Shown: in pieces, positions 24,721 to 36,804 of the stretch
How positions within the stretch are numbered: position 1 is the first letter of the stretch
Layout: each line of letters opens with the position of its first letter
From: Camelus dromedarius
Taxonomy: Eukaryota
Assembly (NCBI RefSeq): GCF_036321535.1
Contig: NC_087449.1
Coordinates: 25,730,001 to 25,794,000, forward strand
Reading direction: 5' to 3'
Length of the DNA: 64,000 bases
The notes under the pieces: generated by a model
Told to the model about the DNA's origin: nothing
Seen by the model: only the letters and a program-made list of their open reading frames with translations
The model's database searches: none
Made by a program: the position numbers and the translations under genes

Positions 24721-26749
24721 AATCTGAGGGGTGTTAAAGGACAGAAAAGTGACACCTGGCTGGAGAACAGGAAAAGTTTTATAGAAGAGATGGAGATGGC
24801 GTTCGTGACAGGCTGTAAAAGGCGTGCCGTTGACAAGTTCAGATGGATTGGGGGTCACAGAGGAAGCAGTACAAGCAAAGGAATAGAGGTGGGGGACGGG
24901 GGCGACAGTCATGGAGGGAAAGGAGAGAAGACGGGACGTTGCAAAGGACACTGCCATATGATCAGGGAAGATAAAAATGTAAGGATCAGACACGAGAATG
25001 TTTGAAAATGGAGGAGAAAAAGTCTACTGAATTTATTTTTTCTTTTAAGAGGAAGAAATAATTTATAAAATCAACAAAGATACCAAATTTCCATTCTAAA
25101 CACCATCACAGGTAGACCTCCTAACACTAAACCTTTCGCCTCACAGCTCAAAGTCAATATGCGCTTGATGTGTTCCCTTGTGTTGAGAAACTGAGACATA
25201 TTTATATGTGGGGATTTCCCTTTAAAAATACTGGTCACAAATTCAGTTTCCTTCAGATAGACTTACTGTGCGACTCAACACCTGCCCAGGAATGGGCTAG
25301 CTTGCTGGACAGAAGTAATCCAAACAAGTTTAGGAACTCAGACTTGAACAGATCCCTGTGTCTTCAAACTGCAGTTTTATTAAATGTTTATCAGTGACAC
25401 CTGATGGTGCATGAGAAGGCATTCAGCTGCAAGCTGAAGCAGTGAGATGACTAAATACTTAACTGAAGTCGTTTCTGGAATCTTTTCTTAACTGCACTAT
25501 CACATGTTATTGTTTTTTAAAAAGCCCTGGGAGAAAACTTTCCATTTCTAAAACGAAAAATGTGGAAACTCTTAGAAAATAGATTGGCTGGTTTCTAAAT
25601 GAAACCCATTACAATTGAACTCGTTTGGGAAACTGAACAGCATTATTTCTTGCCAGATCACAACAACAACAACAAAATGCTGGAGGATATTGGAGCGGTT
25701 TTCCTTTCGAAGAAATCTATCAGTATTGACAAGTTTACAGGGCCTGGGTTAGCATTATTAATCTCATTATACAGCCAAGGAAATGCGTACAGCCTTTGCT
25801 GACGTGTGACCCAGTACTCAGAGATTTAGAAATTCCCACATGATTGAATGGATGTTACAGTTTTTGCCCAGATGTTTGGAATCTAGAAGATAACCACACT
25901 GCACTTCCATTATTTTGATCACGTCTGTGCAGTCAGTTACCTCGTTCTGTGATCTCTGCTAATCTTTTGTTTCTACAAACAAGTTACCATCACCAACAAA
26001 AAAAAACACGGCCTTCAGGGCATGAAGTTAAAGCCTACTTATTGCTAGTAAATTACTACAGAATAACATGCCCACAAGCTTCCTTCCTGAAAAGCTAATG
26101 AATTCGAACTTTAATATATGAGCATTACTTACCATGTATGGTAACGATTTGCATGAAATGTTTAATGTGCCAAGAGTTCACAAAAATCATGAAAAGAATC
26201 AATTTAGGCAGACGGCTTTGCTCTGCTGGTCCTTCTGCTTGTGTTAGGGATCTTCATAGGGGTAAGGGCTCAAGCTACATCATGGTTTGGGATAAAACTT
26301 GAAGAAAGGAAAGTACGAGACAATCCACACAGAGAGAAGAGGATCAGAACAACTTGTAAACCGGAGGTGTTTTGACGTGTTACCAAAATCTTTGTGATAA
26401 AGAGGCCCTGTACAATGAGTGTTTCCTGTACAGTCGACTTAAACTGCCTATAATAGTCTCTTTTTCATAATAACTTTAAAGGATAGGAATACAGCCTTGT
26501 TTCAGTTCATTTAAGTTTATACTAAAGACTATTCCAAATGCTATGTCATTTATTTTCATGTGATGTTGTCTGTTGTTCAACTGATAGAACATGTTTATTG
26601 ATCAGAAGCAACAACGTATACACGTAGGCACAGGGGAGAGTTATATTGAAGAGTCACAGGGAGTAAACCCTGGATTCAGCTGGTGTTTACTAAAAAAAAA
26701 AGAAACTCAGGTTAATATATTGGATCCCTCCCCTCTTGAAAGGCTTCTG

Positions 26750-27160
26750 CAGCCTCTGCAAAGGTGGTGTAACTTTGGAAGCCTAATTCTGGGACTTTAT
26801 TCCAAACAAATACTTAAAAGTACATATCAAGATTTATGCTCTAAGATGTTCATTACAGCATGACTTATAAGCACAACAATTGGAACCAACTGATAAAGTG
26901 AGTGTTTCATCAATATGTTGAAATATTGTAGCCATTAAATATATGTTAAAATGACATGCTTATACTATGAAATAAAATGAATAAAATTAGTTTACGTATA
27001 TATGTATATACATACACACATAGATGCACACACACATATATTATGATCAATTACGTTCAAGATATGCACAGAAAGTGACTGGAAAATATGCACAGAAAGT
27101 GATTCTCTCTGAAGAGTGGGACTATGAGTGATTTTAAAATACCTTCCAGTAATTTTTAAT
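26750..27160 (+). mobile_element. L1ME-type 3' region fragment
   Basis: ggtgtaactttggaagc...aagatgttcattacagcatga...aaatattgtagccattaaa...atgcacagaaagtgactggaaa. Confidence 0.6.
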
Positions 27161-27239
27161 CTTAAGTAAAGACAAATAGAACTGGAAAACCCCAAATAAT
27201 ATTTTTAGTTTTACAGCAGCGCAATGTAGTCAACAGAAA

Positions 27240-27375
27240 ATGAATTTTAGAATCAGAAAATCCTGGATTGAATCCATTCAATCTCTTACAAGAAATGTAA
27301 CCTTGGCAAGCCAGTTAACCTCTCTGAGCCTCCACATACAAAGAGTCTAGCATAATAAATATTATTCACTCACAA
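27240..27375 (+). mobile_element. MIR, abutting the young L1 tip
   Basis: ttttagaatcagaaaatcctggattgaatcc...tgtaaccttggcaagccagttaacctctctgagcctc. Confidence 0.75.
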
Positions 27376-27379
27376 GATT

Positions 27380-27548
27380 GTACTGTGTAGCACAGGGAAA
27401 TACATACAGGATCTTGTGGTGGCTCACAGAGAAAGAGAATGTGACAATGAACGTATGTATGTTCATGTGTAACTGAAAAATTGTGCTCTACACTGGAATT
27501 TGATACAACATTGTAAAATGACTACAACTCAATAAAAAAATGTTAAAA
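27380..27548 (+). mobile_element. Young, 5'-truncated lineage-specific L1 3' end
   Basis: tactgtgtagcacagggaaatacatacaggatcttgtggtggctcac...atgttcatgtgtaactgaaaaattgtgctctacactggaatttgatacaacattgtaaaatgactacaactcaataaaaaaa, with little apparent decay. Confidence 0.85.
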
Positions 27549-27779
27549 CAAATACTCTTCACTCTAATATTCATAGCCCTTTAACTAAGGCTTCACCACC
27601 ACAATGTCTAATGGGCCACCCTCTCCACAGAAGCAATCAGGGAGTGATCCTTAAGCAGAGGCTTAGACAATGAGATGAGAAATCTCTAGAATTCCACTGC
27701 ACTGAGTATTAAAACAGCTGGAGAAAAATCATCCAATCAGGGACTACTGATTCCAAATCTGATTAATGGTGTTACACTC

Positions 27780-28340
27780 CAAGATATCTGCCTTCCACCA
27801 ATTAAAAAAAAAATTCTCAAACCTCTCAAAGATTAAGGTTATGATCAGACTTGTAAATAATCTATAAGGGTGTAAGCTGACACAGCTTTTCTGAAAATAA
27901 ATTTGGTAATGTGCACCAAGAGGAATATTCATACTGTTTATACTAGTAATTTCAATTCAAGAAATCTATCCTAATGAAATTATTCATTAATATATGATGT
28001 TTGACCATATGCTGGAACATATTCTATAGGTCGGGACAAAGGTTAATCTTCTATGGTTGGAGAATAAGTAAAAATTATTTAAAATCACATTTCCTAGCCC
28101 TTTTTTATGAAGTATGAAAAGGTATAAATATTAGTTAAGAAAATAACATACAAAGTATTATATTCAGTAGGTCACAATCATTTTATATGTCTCTGTGTGT
28201 ATATATACACACAAATATACAACCAAACATGCACTGAAAAAGAATGGGTGAAAACCAGATCAACATGTTAACAATGGGTGATTATAGAAAAACATAATAT
28301 TCTTTTTTATACTTTTCTATATCTTTCATTTCCTACATCA
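27780..28340 (+). mobile_element. L1ME-type ORF2 end and 3' UTR fragments
   Basis: gctgacacagcttttctgaaaataaatttggtaat...agaaatctatcctaatgaaatt...catgttaacaatgggtg...ttttttatacttttcta. Confidence 0.55.
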
Positions 28341-28524
28341 TCATATATTGCCTTACAAAGAAAATCTTAAAACTTAGCTGTCATTTCAGTCATCTGAAAA
28401 AATTAAAAACTGAGACAAAAATAAGACCTGAATGGGTTATGAGAACCTAGATGAATGTAATGGACAAACAATGGATTGACAGTCTTTTTCTTACTGACTT
28501 TAAAAACCTATACAGCAGATAATT

Positions 28525-28920
28525 TAGCCCTTTGCCACATGTGTTGCAAATATCTTCCCCACTTTATCACTGTCTTTTGACTTTGTTTATGGTGGTTTTT
28601 TCCAATGCATAAATTTTTAATACTTTTAGAGTAGAATTTATTAGTTTTCCTTTCATGGATTCTCCTGTTTTGGTATTATTTGAAAGGCCTTTTTAGTTCC
28701 AATATTCCAAATAAAAGTTGTCCTATATTTTCTCGTGATATTTTAAGACAACATTACTTTTTTTTCTTCTCCACCTGAAATTTATTTTGGTGTAAGGAAT
28801 TTTATTTTTTCTGGGCAGTATTCAGTCATCCCAACACACTTCATTGAATAATCTCTTTCCTTCTTCCAATATGAAGTGCCACTATTATCATATACTAAAA
28901 CACTATACTTACATGGGTCT
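28525..28920 (-). mobile_element. Old L1M ORF2 3' fragment
   Basis: tgttgcaaatatcttcccc...ttttgactttgtttatggtg...tcctatattttctc...cctgaaatttattttggtgtaagg...gtcatcccaacacacttcattgaata...actattatcatatactaaa. Confidence 0.75.
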
Positions 28921-29074
28921 CTAATTCAGAAGAACATAAAAAATTAAAATTTAACAAGGATAAGACCATGCTGGTAGAAGAATTAAAATCCATGTGGAAA
29001 TAGAAAGATCAAAGTGAAATAAGTTCCCTGGCACGAAGTGACATCAGACATTAACTAAAGAGTAGATGAGAATG

Positions 29075-29200
29075 AGGAGGGAGTTCTTAGGAATTGTGTC
29101 CTGTGAGTGGTATTGGCTGCAAGATTCTGTGACGTTATAAAAACTCGTGGAACTGTACACTAGAGTGAATTTCATTGAATGTAAATTTTTTAAAAAAGTT
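29075..29200 (+). mobile_element. L1M 3' terminal fragment
   Basis: gctgcaagattctgtgacgttataaaaactcgtggaactgtacactagagtgaatttcattgaatgtaaatt. Confidence 0.6.
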
Positions 29201-29789
29201 TAAAGACTAATGGAATAGTCCAGGCATCATTAATGAAAAACTGTTTTGTGAAAGGAAGCCACAAACTTTTTTAAAAAAAATTCTCTCATCATTATGCACT
29301 GGTTCTTCTTTGAAAGAGGAAACACAGTCCTTATGTTGTTTAAAAACTGTGTAAATATGACATATCGTTCACTGACTTGCTCTAAACTTAATTACTGATT
29401 AAAACAATGTGTTATACACTTAAAAAAAAAGTGTTGGTAAAAAAAAGAGCTGTCATTGGTTGGGTGAAAACTCAAAAAGTAATTCTTCTAAACATTCATC
29501 AACAGTCCAAGCTCTGGAGAGCCCGGGGGAATAAAGGAAATCTGCCTTCAGCAATAGCACCTTTTTTTTTTTTTCACTTTTTTTGCTATTTTTGTTTTAT
29601 CTCCCTCCAAATCTTCTCTTTTCTTTTCTCTGCTAACAAGAGTTACTCTCAGCAATCCACAGAACCAATCCACACTAAAGTATAAGTAGCAACTAATATC
29701 TTCCTCTATATGTCTCCCAGAGGGTCTTCACTGCAAACATGTGGACACTGCACTGAAGCATATCTCCCCATAGGAGGCTGCGGCCAAGT

Positions 29790-30030
29790 GTCTGAACTAC
29801 AGGTTCAATCAAGGTGGCTGGGTGTGAGTCATGACGCTGCTGCACCTGCATGAGTGACCTTGAGAAAGTTCCCTATCTCTTCACGTCTTGTCTTCCTCAA
29901 TTAGGGTATTTCGTTTTTGAAGTATCTACGTGATAGCATCAATGTGAGGATTAAAACAAGATAATACATATAAAACATTTTTTAAAGTGTCTGAAGCATT
30001 AGTAAAAGCTCAATAATTTGTTGTATTAAT
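29790..30030 (+). mobile_element. MIR
   Basis: gagtgaccttgagaaagtt...tgtgaggattaaaacaagataatacatataaaaca...agtaaaagctcaataat. Confidence 0.68.
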
Positions 30031-30954
30031 TGCAGACAGGAGTAGGCAGGTGTGGCTCTCTGGTAACCAGAAATCAAGTCACATTGCTTTGCAGTTTAGT
30101 TACAATAGGGGCTAGCACCAAGCTGCCATGGGATTATCATCTTGGGAAAGTAACCTCCACTTTCTAATCTCAATTTCCTTGTCCATAAAATCCTGACTTC
30201 ACAGGAGTCTTAGGAAGACAGAATGAGATAATATACATGTGTAAAAGAGCTTATCTAACCCAAAAGCACTGAACATATCTTCATTATTATGCTAGGAAAT
30301 TTCAATCCCAGGCATAGATGATCATTACATTCTTGGTTAACAGGTTCATACTCATTCATATAATATATACACACGATTCATCAGAGATATAAAAATAAAT
30401 AATAAAAGAAACTTGTTATTACATGCTTCTAATTTAACAGAATTCTAGTTTAATAAAAAAAAGTTCATGGCTAAGAAGGGATGGAGAAAATTGTTTATAA
30501 GTTTTTTATGCATTTTTAAGTTGAGTTTTTGTGTTCCTAATTAATTTAAAAAAGGAAAATATGCATGTTTTATCTTCCATCACAATTCAAAAGTGTTTTT
30601 TCCTTTTCATTATAATTCTAGGCTATGATGCCAACCTTCAATTTCTTTTCTGGAAAATTTATACATTTTTATAGTATGATCTTGGTGCCAACCTATTATA
30701 TAAAAATTGAATCTTCCAATGCAATTAGGAAAAATAGTGCATTTTGAATTATACCAAAAATAGACCCAAACATAATGAGCGATTTCTCCTATTCTTGAGC
30801 TGCTGTCCTCAGGTTTCTTAGGAATATCTGTTCATTTTATTACATATTTGAAAAGGAGCCCCTCCACAATTAATGAGATGGTGCTCGTGGAAAAACTCAG
30901 TGCACTGCAAAGAACAGCAGTAGGTGGGATGTTACGATAATTCGTCTCACCAGT

Positions 30955-31445
30955 AAGATACCTAATAGGCGTCTCCAAACATAACTTGGTCAAACCAAAC
31001 TTCTGATCCCCACCCCTTGCCCAGGACTGCTCTTCCTGCCATTTCCCCTCTCAGTTCATGGCAACTCCATCCTTCCAGCTGCTCAGGTCAAAAACCTACG
31101 AGTCACTGCTGATTTCTCTAGGGTTTTTTTTTTCCCCCTCAATCCACATCGAATGTGTCAGTAAATCCTATCAGCTTTATCTTTCAAATATTTCTCACCA
31201 CCCCTACTGCCCCCATATCGGTACAGGTCGTTCCCAGCTCCTGCCTGGATTACTGCAACGCAGTGCCACCTCTGTGGTCGTTTTCTCCATTGCACTTACT
31301 GGTCCCTAACTTACTAATTTACTTATACTTGGATTATTGTTTGTCCCCTCCCTCTAGAGTGTAAGCCCCACCAGGGAAGGGGATTGTCTGTTTTGTTCAC
31401 TTTGGGATCCCTTTTGCCTAGAAGAGTGGCTGACATGAAGAAAAC
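30955..31445 (+). mobile_element. L2 fragment (internally deleted, with 3' end)
   Basis: aggcgtctccaaacataac...tggcaactccatccttccagctgctcaggtcaaaaacct...ctggattactgcaac...ctagagtgtaagcccc...ttgtctgttttgttcact. Confidence 0.85.
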
Positions 31446-31469
31446 AATATATTTATTGGTTTTTTAAAA

Positions 31470-32160
31470 AAAACCTTTTAGCTGGTCTCCTTGCTTTAAT
31501 TCTTGCCCCCACCCCCAAAATCTATTTTCAACAAAGCCTTCAGAGGGTGTCGGTTAAACCCTAGGTACTGTCCCTCCTCTGCTCCCCCATCGCACTCGGA
31601 GCAAACGCCTAAGCCCTGCCACGGGCCTGGAAGGACCTCCAGCGCTGGCCGCCCCCGCCTGGGGCCCGGCTCCTAGCCTCCTTCATGCTCGCCCGCACCC
31701 CCCTTCTGAGCTGGCCTCGCCTGGCTTTCACCCGCCCACTCACTCTGTTCTCACCACCCGGCCTCTGGGCCTCAACACGCCAGGTGGGACTGGCCGATCC
31801 CGCCGCTTGGAAAGCTCTTCCCCTGCAGCCTCACGGCTCACCCTCTCACCGCCGTCAGATCTTGGTTCACATTTCCCCTTCTCACACAGGCCCTCTCCGC
31901 TCGCCCACTGAAGTTGCGCCCCACCCCCACTAATCCCAACCGCTCGGTGCTCCTTTTCCTACGTGGCACTCACAAATCCCCGTGTACGTCCTTCTGGCTG
32001 CTATTACACACATTATTATTTATTATCTTTCTTCCCTCTCTAAAATAAAAGCTCCACAAGAGTAGGGATTTTTATCTCTTTCACTTCCTGCAGAACCCTA
32101 GCATCTAGAACATTGCCTGGCACATAGTGGATGGTCAATAACTATTTACTGAATGAATGA
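31470..32160 (+). mobile_element. Second L2 fragment, unusually GC- and CpG-rich in its middle
   Basis: tggtctccttgct...tctattttcaaca...tggaaagctcttcccc...aagctccacaagagtagggatttt...tctagaacattgcctggcacatagtggatggtcaataactatttactgaatgaatgaa. Confidence 0.82.
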
Positions 32161-33149
32161 AAGAAGTGATCTTCTCTCACTGGGCACCCAAACCCACAAA
32201 GGTAGTTAATCAGTGGGCATGGGATCCACCCACTGTGAATTACTCCCACCGGCTATTCCTTCTCTTTGTCGTATTAGCCCAAGGAGATCTGGTAGATCAG
32301 TCTTTCTCCAAATGCATCAACAATATGAACGTTCTCCTTGAGAAAGAGCAGAACTGTTCATTCCACCCTCATTACTCTGTTTTTTGGGGCTTTGGTAAGG
32401 ATTTTTCCCATTAAAATGCATTTATTTTATAGGCAAATTCCACCCCCCGCAAATCTACCTTCGCCCAGTTTGCTGCAAAGTTGCATATTAGTGCCAGAGG
32501 TAACTGATTAGTTTAAAAATACATACTCTGCTTTAGGCTGGCATCCATTTGTATTTCATTATAAGAGCATATTAAAAATGATGTCTTGGACTTTCAACAG
32601 CACAGCACATTTGTCACCCCAGTTCATCCTGACAAACTGCCTATGAGAGTGCATAGAGCAGTTAGCACCAATCCCATTAATAGCCAAGGAAGTCCAGGCT
32701 CAGAAAAGCTGGTAACATAGGAGGCCCTGGGCATGATTTCCTTCTTTTACTTTTAAAATCTTATTTTATCGCAAGCCATCTTAAACCCCTCACAAGAAAA
32801 GGCTGTCCTCGGTTATACCATTGGTGTTTTTTTTAAAAAAGTCCCAATTTCAGGCATACTGTTGGGATGTTGAACATCTGTACTTAATGCCCTGCTATGA
32901 TGTTCCTTCTTGCTGAAGTTGAGCTCTAATAAACTGACAAAGATAAACAGGACCCAACCATCCTGTGGTTTTAATTTCTAAGAAAGCTCATCATTTAGGA
33001 AACAATACTTCTGCTCTAAATTTTTAGCCAGCAGTAATCCAATTTTGGACACTCCCTCCTTCCACCCATGAGCTGGTTTCTGAAGGGAGGTTCTACCTTC
33101 TCTCTCAGACTCAAAAACACCAGGCTGATATTCCTACTAAGTAGCTTAG

Positions 33150-33400
33150 AAGTCACCCCCTCCAACAAAACCTTACCTGAGGCCCCGCGCGTGGACCAAA
33201 CTCCCTCCCGCGTCCTCCTGTGGCCCCTATGCACGCCTCTGTCCCGGTGCTGTCCATGTGAATGACCCGTTTCCCTGCTGTCTCTCTCAATAAATCCCAC
33301 ATTCTTTAGGGCAGCGCTTGTACCCAAGCAGCAGCTAACACAGTTCTTGGCACATGACAGATGCTCGATGGAAGAAGGATGAATAAATGAATGGAAGAAG
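33150..33400 (+). mobile_element. L2 3' fragment
   Basis: agtcaccccctccaacaaaaccttacctga...acacagttcttggcacatgacagatgctcgat...gaataaatgaatgg. Confidence 0.6.
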
Positions 33401-34554
33401 GTAGTCATCAAGGATGAATGTTAGGAAGGGGGGAGCTACTTCACTCTTGATATCTTTTCCCTCCCATACGCTCTTGGCCTCTCTCCACTCCCTCACTTAC
33501 TGTAGAGATTGGATGTGGAAAATGCACGTGACTTGTCCCACCCCTTCCTCGCCTCTTTCTCTGAAGGACACAGGTGCTGGCAGGGAGCACACAGCCATCT
33601 GGACTTCCATCAACTCTACATAGGAAGGCAAGACCCCTCTGCCCCACACAGGAAGGCCTGCGGTGGTCGGTGGTCCTGCACCGCCAGGGACTGGGTTGGT
33701 GTGTCTGTGTTTTAGCATTAGGAAGCACTTTTGCCTGTAGTTAAAAAATAAATTCTCTAATAGAATTTAGCCTGGTCTTCCACCTGATTTTTTTTCTTGT
33801 ATTTATCAAATGGTTCAGAAATCAGGGCTTGGGAAATGATTATTTGGGAGGGGGGCGGTCCTTAAATCTCTTCCCAATGTGGACCAGTGGGCTTTGAGAT
33901 TTTTAATTTGAAAGGCTTCTCCTATGCTATAAATTACAGGTTTCCCAGATGATCACTGTCTTAATAATAAAGTAGAAGATGGTCAGGCACTATACTGTGG
34001 TGAAACAACATAATACTGTGAATTCAGCAGATCCCAGAAAAGACCGGAAACAAGGGCTAAAATTTATGATCATAAAAATCTTTCTATGCCATCAGTAGAA
34101 CATTTGTTTTGTCTATATTCCTAGAATCCTAGGATTCAGAAAGTATCAAATTGCCTATATCAAACATTGGGCCCCCGCTCCTGAAACTTTTTTTTCTAAA
34201 ACTCTGTAAACACTGTGCTGAACACTGTGTGAACATGCAACCACATGAACGGAATCTGTCAAGACCTCCTCCACACTTCTTCCCATGATGCTGAAAGAAT
34301 GCTCGAGGCTGGGCACAAGAGGAGGAAGGGTGTGTTCTTACACAAGGCATTAGATTCCATTCATGGAGTGGAGTCCAGGGTATGGACCCAAAGGCATCAG
34401 CCTGATAGAGGGGTTGAGTAGCTTCCACGTGTCCTACAGACATACCACTAGCCAAGCCTGAGGCTTCTACTAGGTAAGGGTTTTGGCAGGTAATAAAACC
34501 CTCCAGTTTATTTGGTGGTGGTGCTTATCATGGCTGATTTCACATAATCCTCCC

Positions 34555-34670
34555 AGCTCCGTATTATCGCCCACATTCTACAGACGAGGAAACTGGGACT
34601 GGAAGAGAAACACAGCTAGTGATCTGAAAGGTGGGGATTTGAGCCCCTAACCTTCAGACTTCAACAGCTG
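34555..34670 (-). mobile_element. MIR
   Basis: cccacattctacagacgaggaaactggg...cacagctagt...gggatttgagccc...cagacttca. Confidence 0.68.
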
Positions 34671-36492
34671 CACGTGGTAACATTGACAGCGGAGGTGAGG
34701 ATATGTTTACATAGAACAGGAAGAACATTAAACAAGGCTTTTTAAGGGCTGTGCCCATATCCCGTACATACAGAGAGACGATGAACAGAAAAGTGGTACC
34801 CAGAGGCAGGCACGGGGCACAATAAGCATGTGAACTGCCAACGTGTCAGCCAATATCCCCAGTGACTGGATTTAAATAGTTTGGGGATGGTTACGTCTCT
34901 GACTCGTTGGAAGATGTTACATGAATACACAATAAGCAGGACATGCCTATAAGCATGTGTTTCTCAGAAGCTTCTTTTCTTAGCTGAGCTCCCCAGATCC
35001 TCAGAGCCAGCCTAGTTTGCTTCCTATGACACTAGACACTCAGGGTTTTCTCCTCTGTTGAAAGGTGTTGAACCACCTCTTACCAAGAGAAGTAAGCCTC
35101 CCCAAAATTGCTCCTGGGCTCTCAATCTTTTTGCTATAAAACCAGAATCCACATACAGCACCACTCGCTTCTGCATGTACTATCAAAATGAATACACACT
35201 AGATGACCCAAAGTTCGTCCACACCCGTGAGGGACTCCAGACATTTGGGATTCAGTGTCCCTAAAATTAAATCTAATGAACACAGTAGCAACAAAGGCTG
35301 ATTTTTCTCTTTGGCCCTTTCCCTCCCGTACCCAATGCCACTACGTACGATCCCAGTACCGAGAGGTCTGAATCCTCCTTCACTACACTCAACCAAATGG
35401 GGTTGTCCAAACCCAAAGCTTCTGTCTATGAAATCTCTCTTCCTGTGCTCCCCTCCATTCAGCTTCTATAATTGCTGCGCAAGTTGTCGATCTTAACACT
35501 TTGCTCCTGCTGTATGTTCATCTTGTCCTCAGCAGAGTCCTTGTGTCCAGCCTCACCGTCTTGAAGGCCTCCTCTCCTTAGAGTCACTGTCACAGTTCCC
35601 ATCCTTTCCCGTGCTTCGATCCCTCCGTAAAGCTTTAGAGAAGGTGATCATCACACCCCTGTCGAGGTTAGCTAGTCCATCCGTCACCTGGGAACTCTGC
35701 CTCCATCCGTCATTCTCTTTGTCATTGTTTCAGGTACTAATAAAAGCCAGATTTATGTCTTCAAGCTGTTTCTATTCCCTTGTCATCTTTTAAAATACCA
35801 GGAAATATCAGGAGAATTCTTCTCCCTCTAATTCATTAAGTAATGATTCCCATCATCCAAAGAGGTTTTGAAATCCTGTACTGTCTGATCACATGTCCCC
35901 AGACTATTCAGAGAAGAGCCAAGAGTTCTTTTCTCTTCCTTTCCAATTCCACCTTCCGTCTCTTCCCTCTGCCAAGCTGAGCCATGCAACTGCCACGGCT
36001 ACCAGCACTGACCTTCTGCCAGGCTCTTACGCTTGGCAAACGTTCAACGTACACACCTTTGAACTGTTACTTTGATCTAAACTTTTTTTTCCTATTTGAT
36101 GGATGAGGTGGATAACCTGTGTAGTTCAACAAATGCATTTCTCTTGGACTGAAAGTTACAGGAAGGCAGGGCTCCACAAAAGCATGGGGACCTTTTTGCT
36201 AATAAGAATTCACACTAGTAGCTGCTGTTTGATGATCACAAGGCTAGCATTCAAAGCCACTCAAAGAATAGGCAAAATGTACTAACTCAAATCTTGATTT
36301 CAGTCCTGGGCGTGTGGTCACACCATTTCATCTGCCCAAACAGCCAGTCATTTCCACCGACACCTGGTGGAGTCGGTAGTACCCTAGAGGGCTATTTGCT
36401 GTGATCTGGTCTTGGTTCTACAAACTCATGCTGCAGCCAGCACTGGGGATCATGCCTGCCACTAAAGCCTATGCAGTGAGGGGCCAAGCTTA

Positions 36493-36804
<312 letters not shown>

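Noticed and set aside
29555-29645. Long plus-strand polypyrimidine tract ending in ctaacaag (antisense acceptor-like)
   Set aside because: I found no convincing downstream donor, and a low-complexity T-rich tract is the simpler explanation.
33171-33400. Strong sense-strand donor CAG|GTAAGG inside an antisense-read L2 (possible L2 exonisation)
   Set aside because: The nearest acceptor (tcgag) is weak, and there is no further support.
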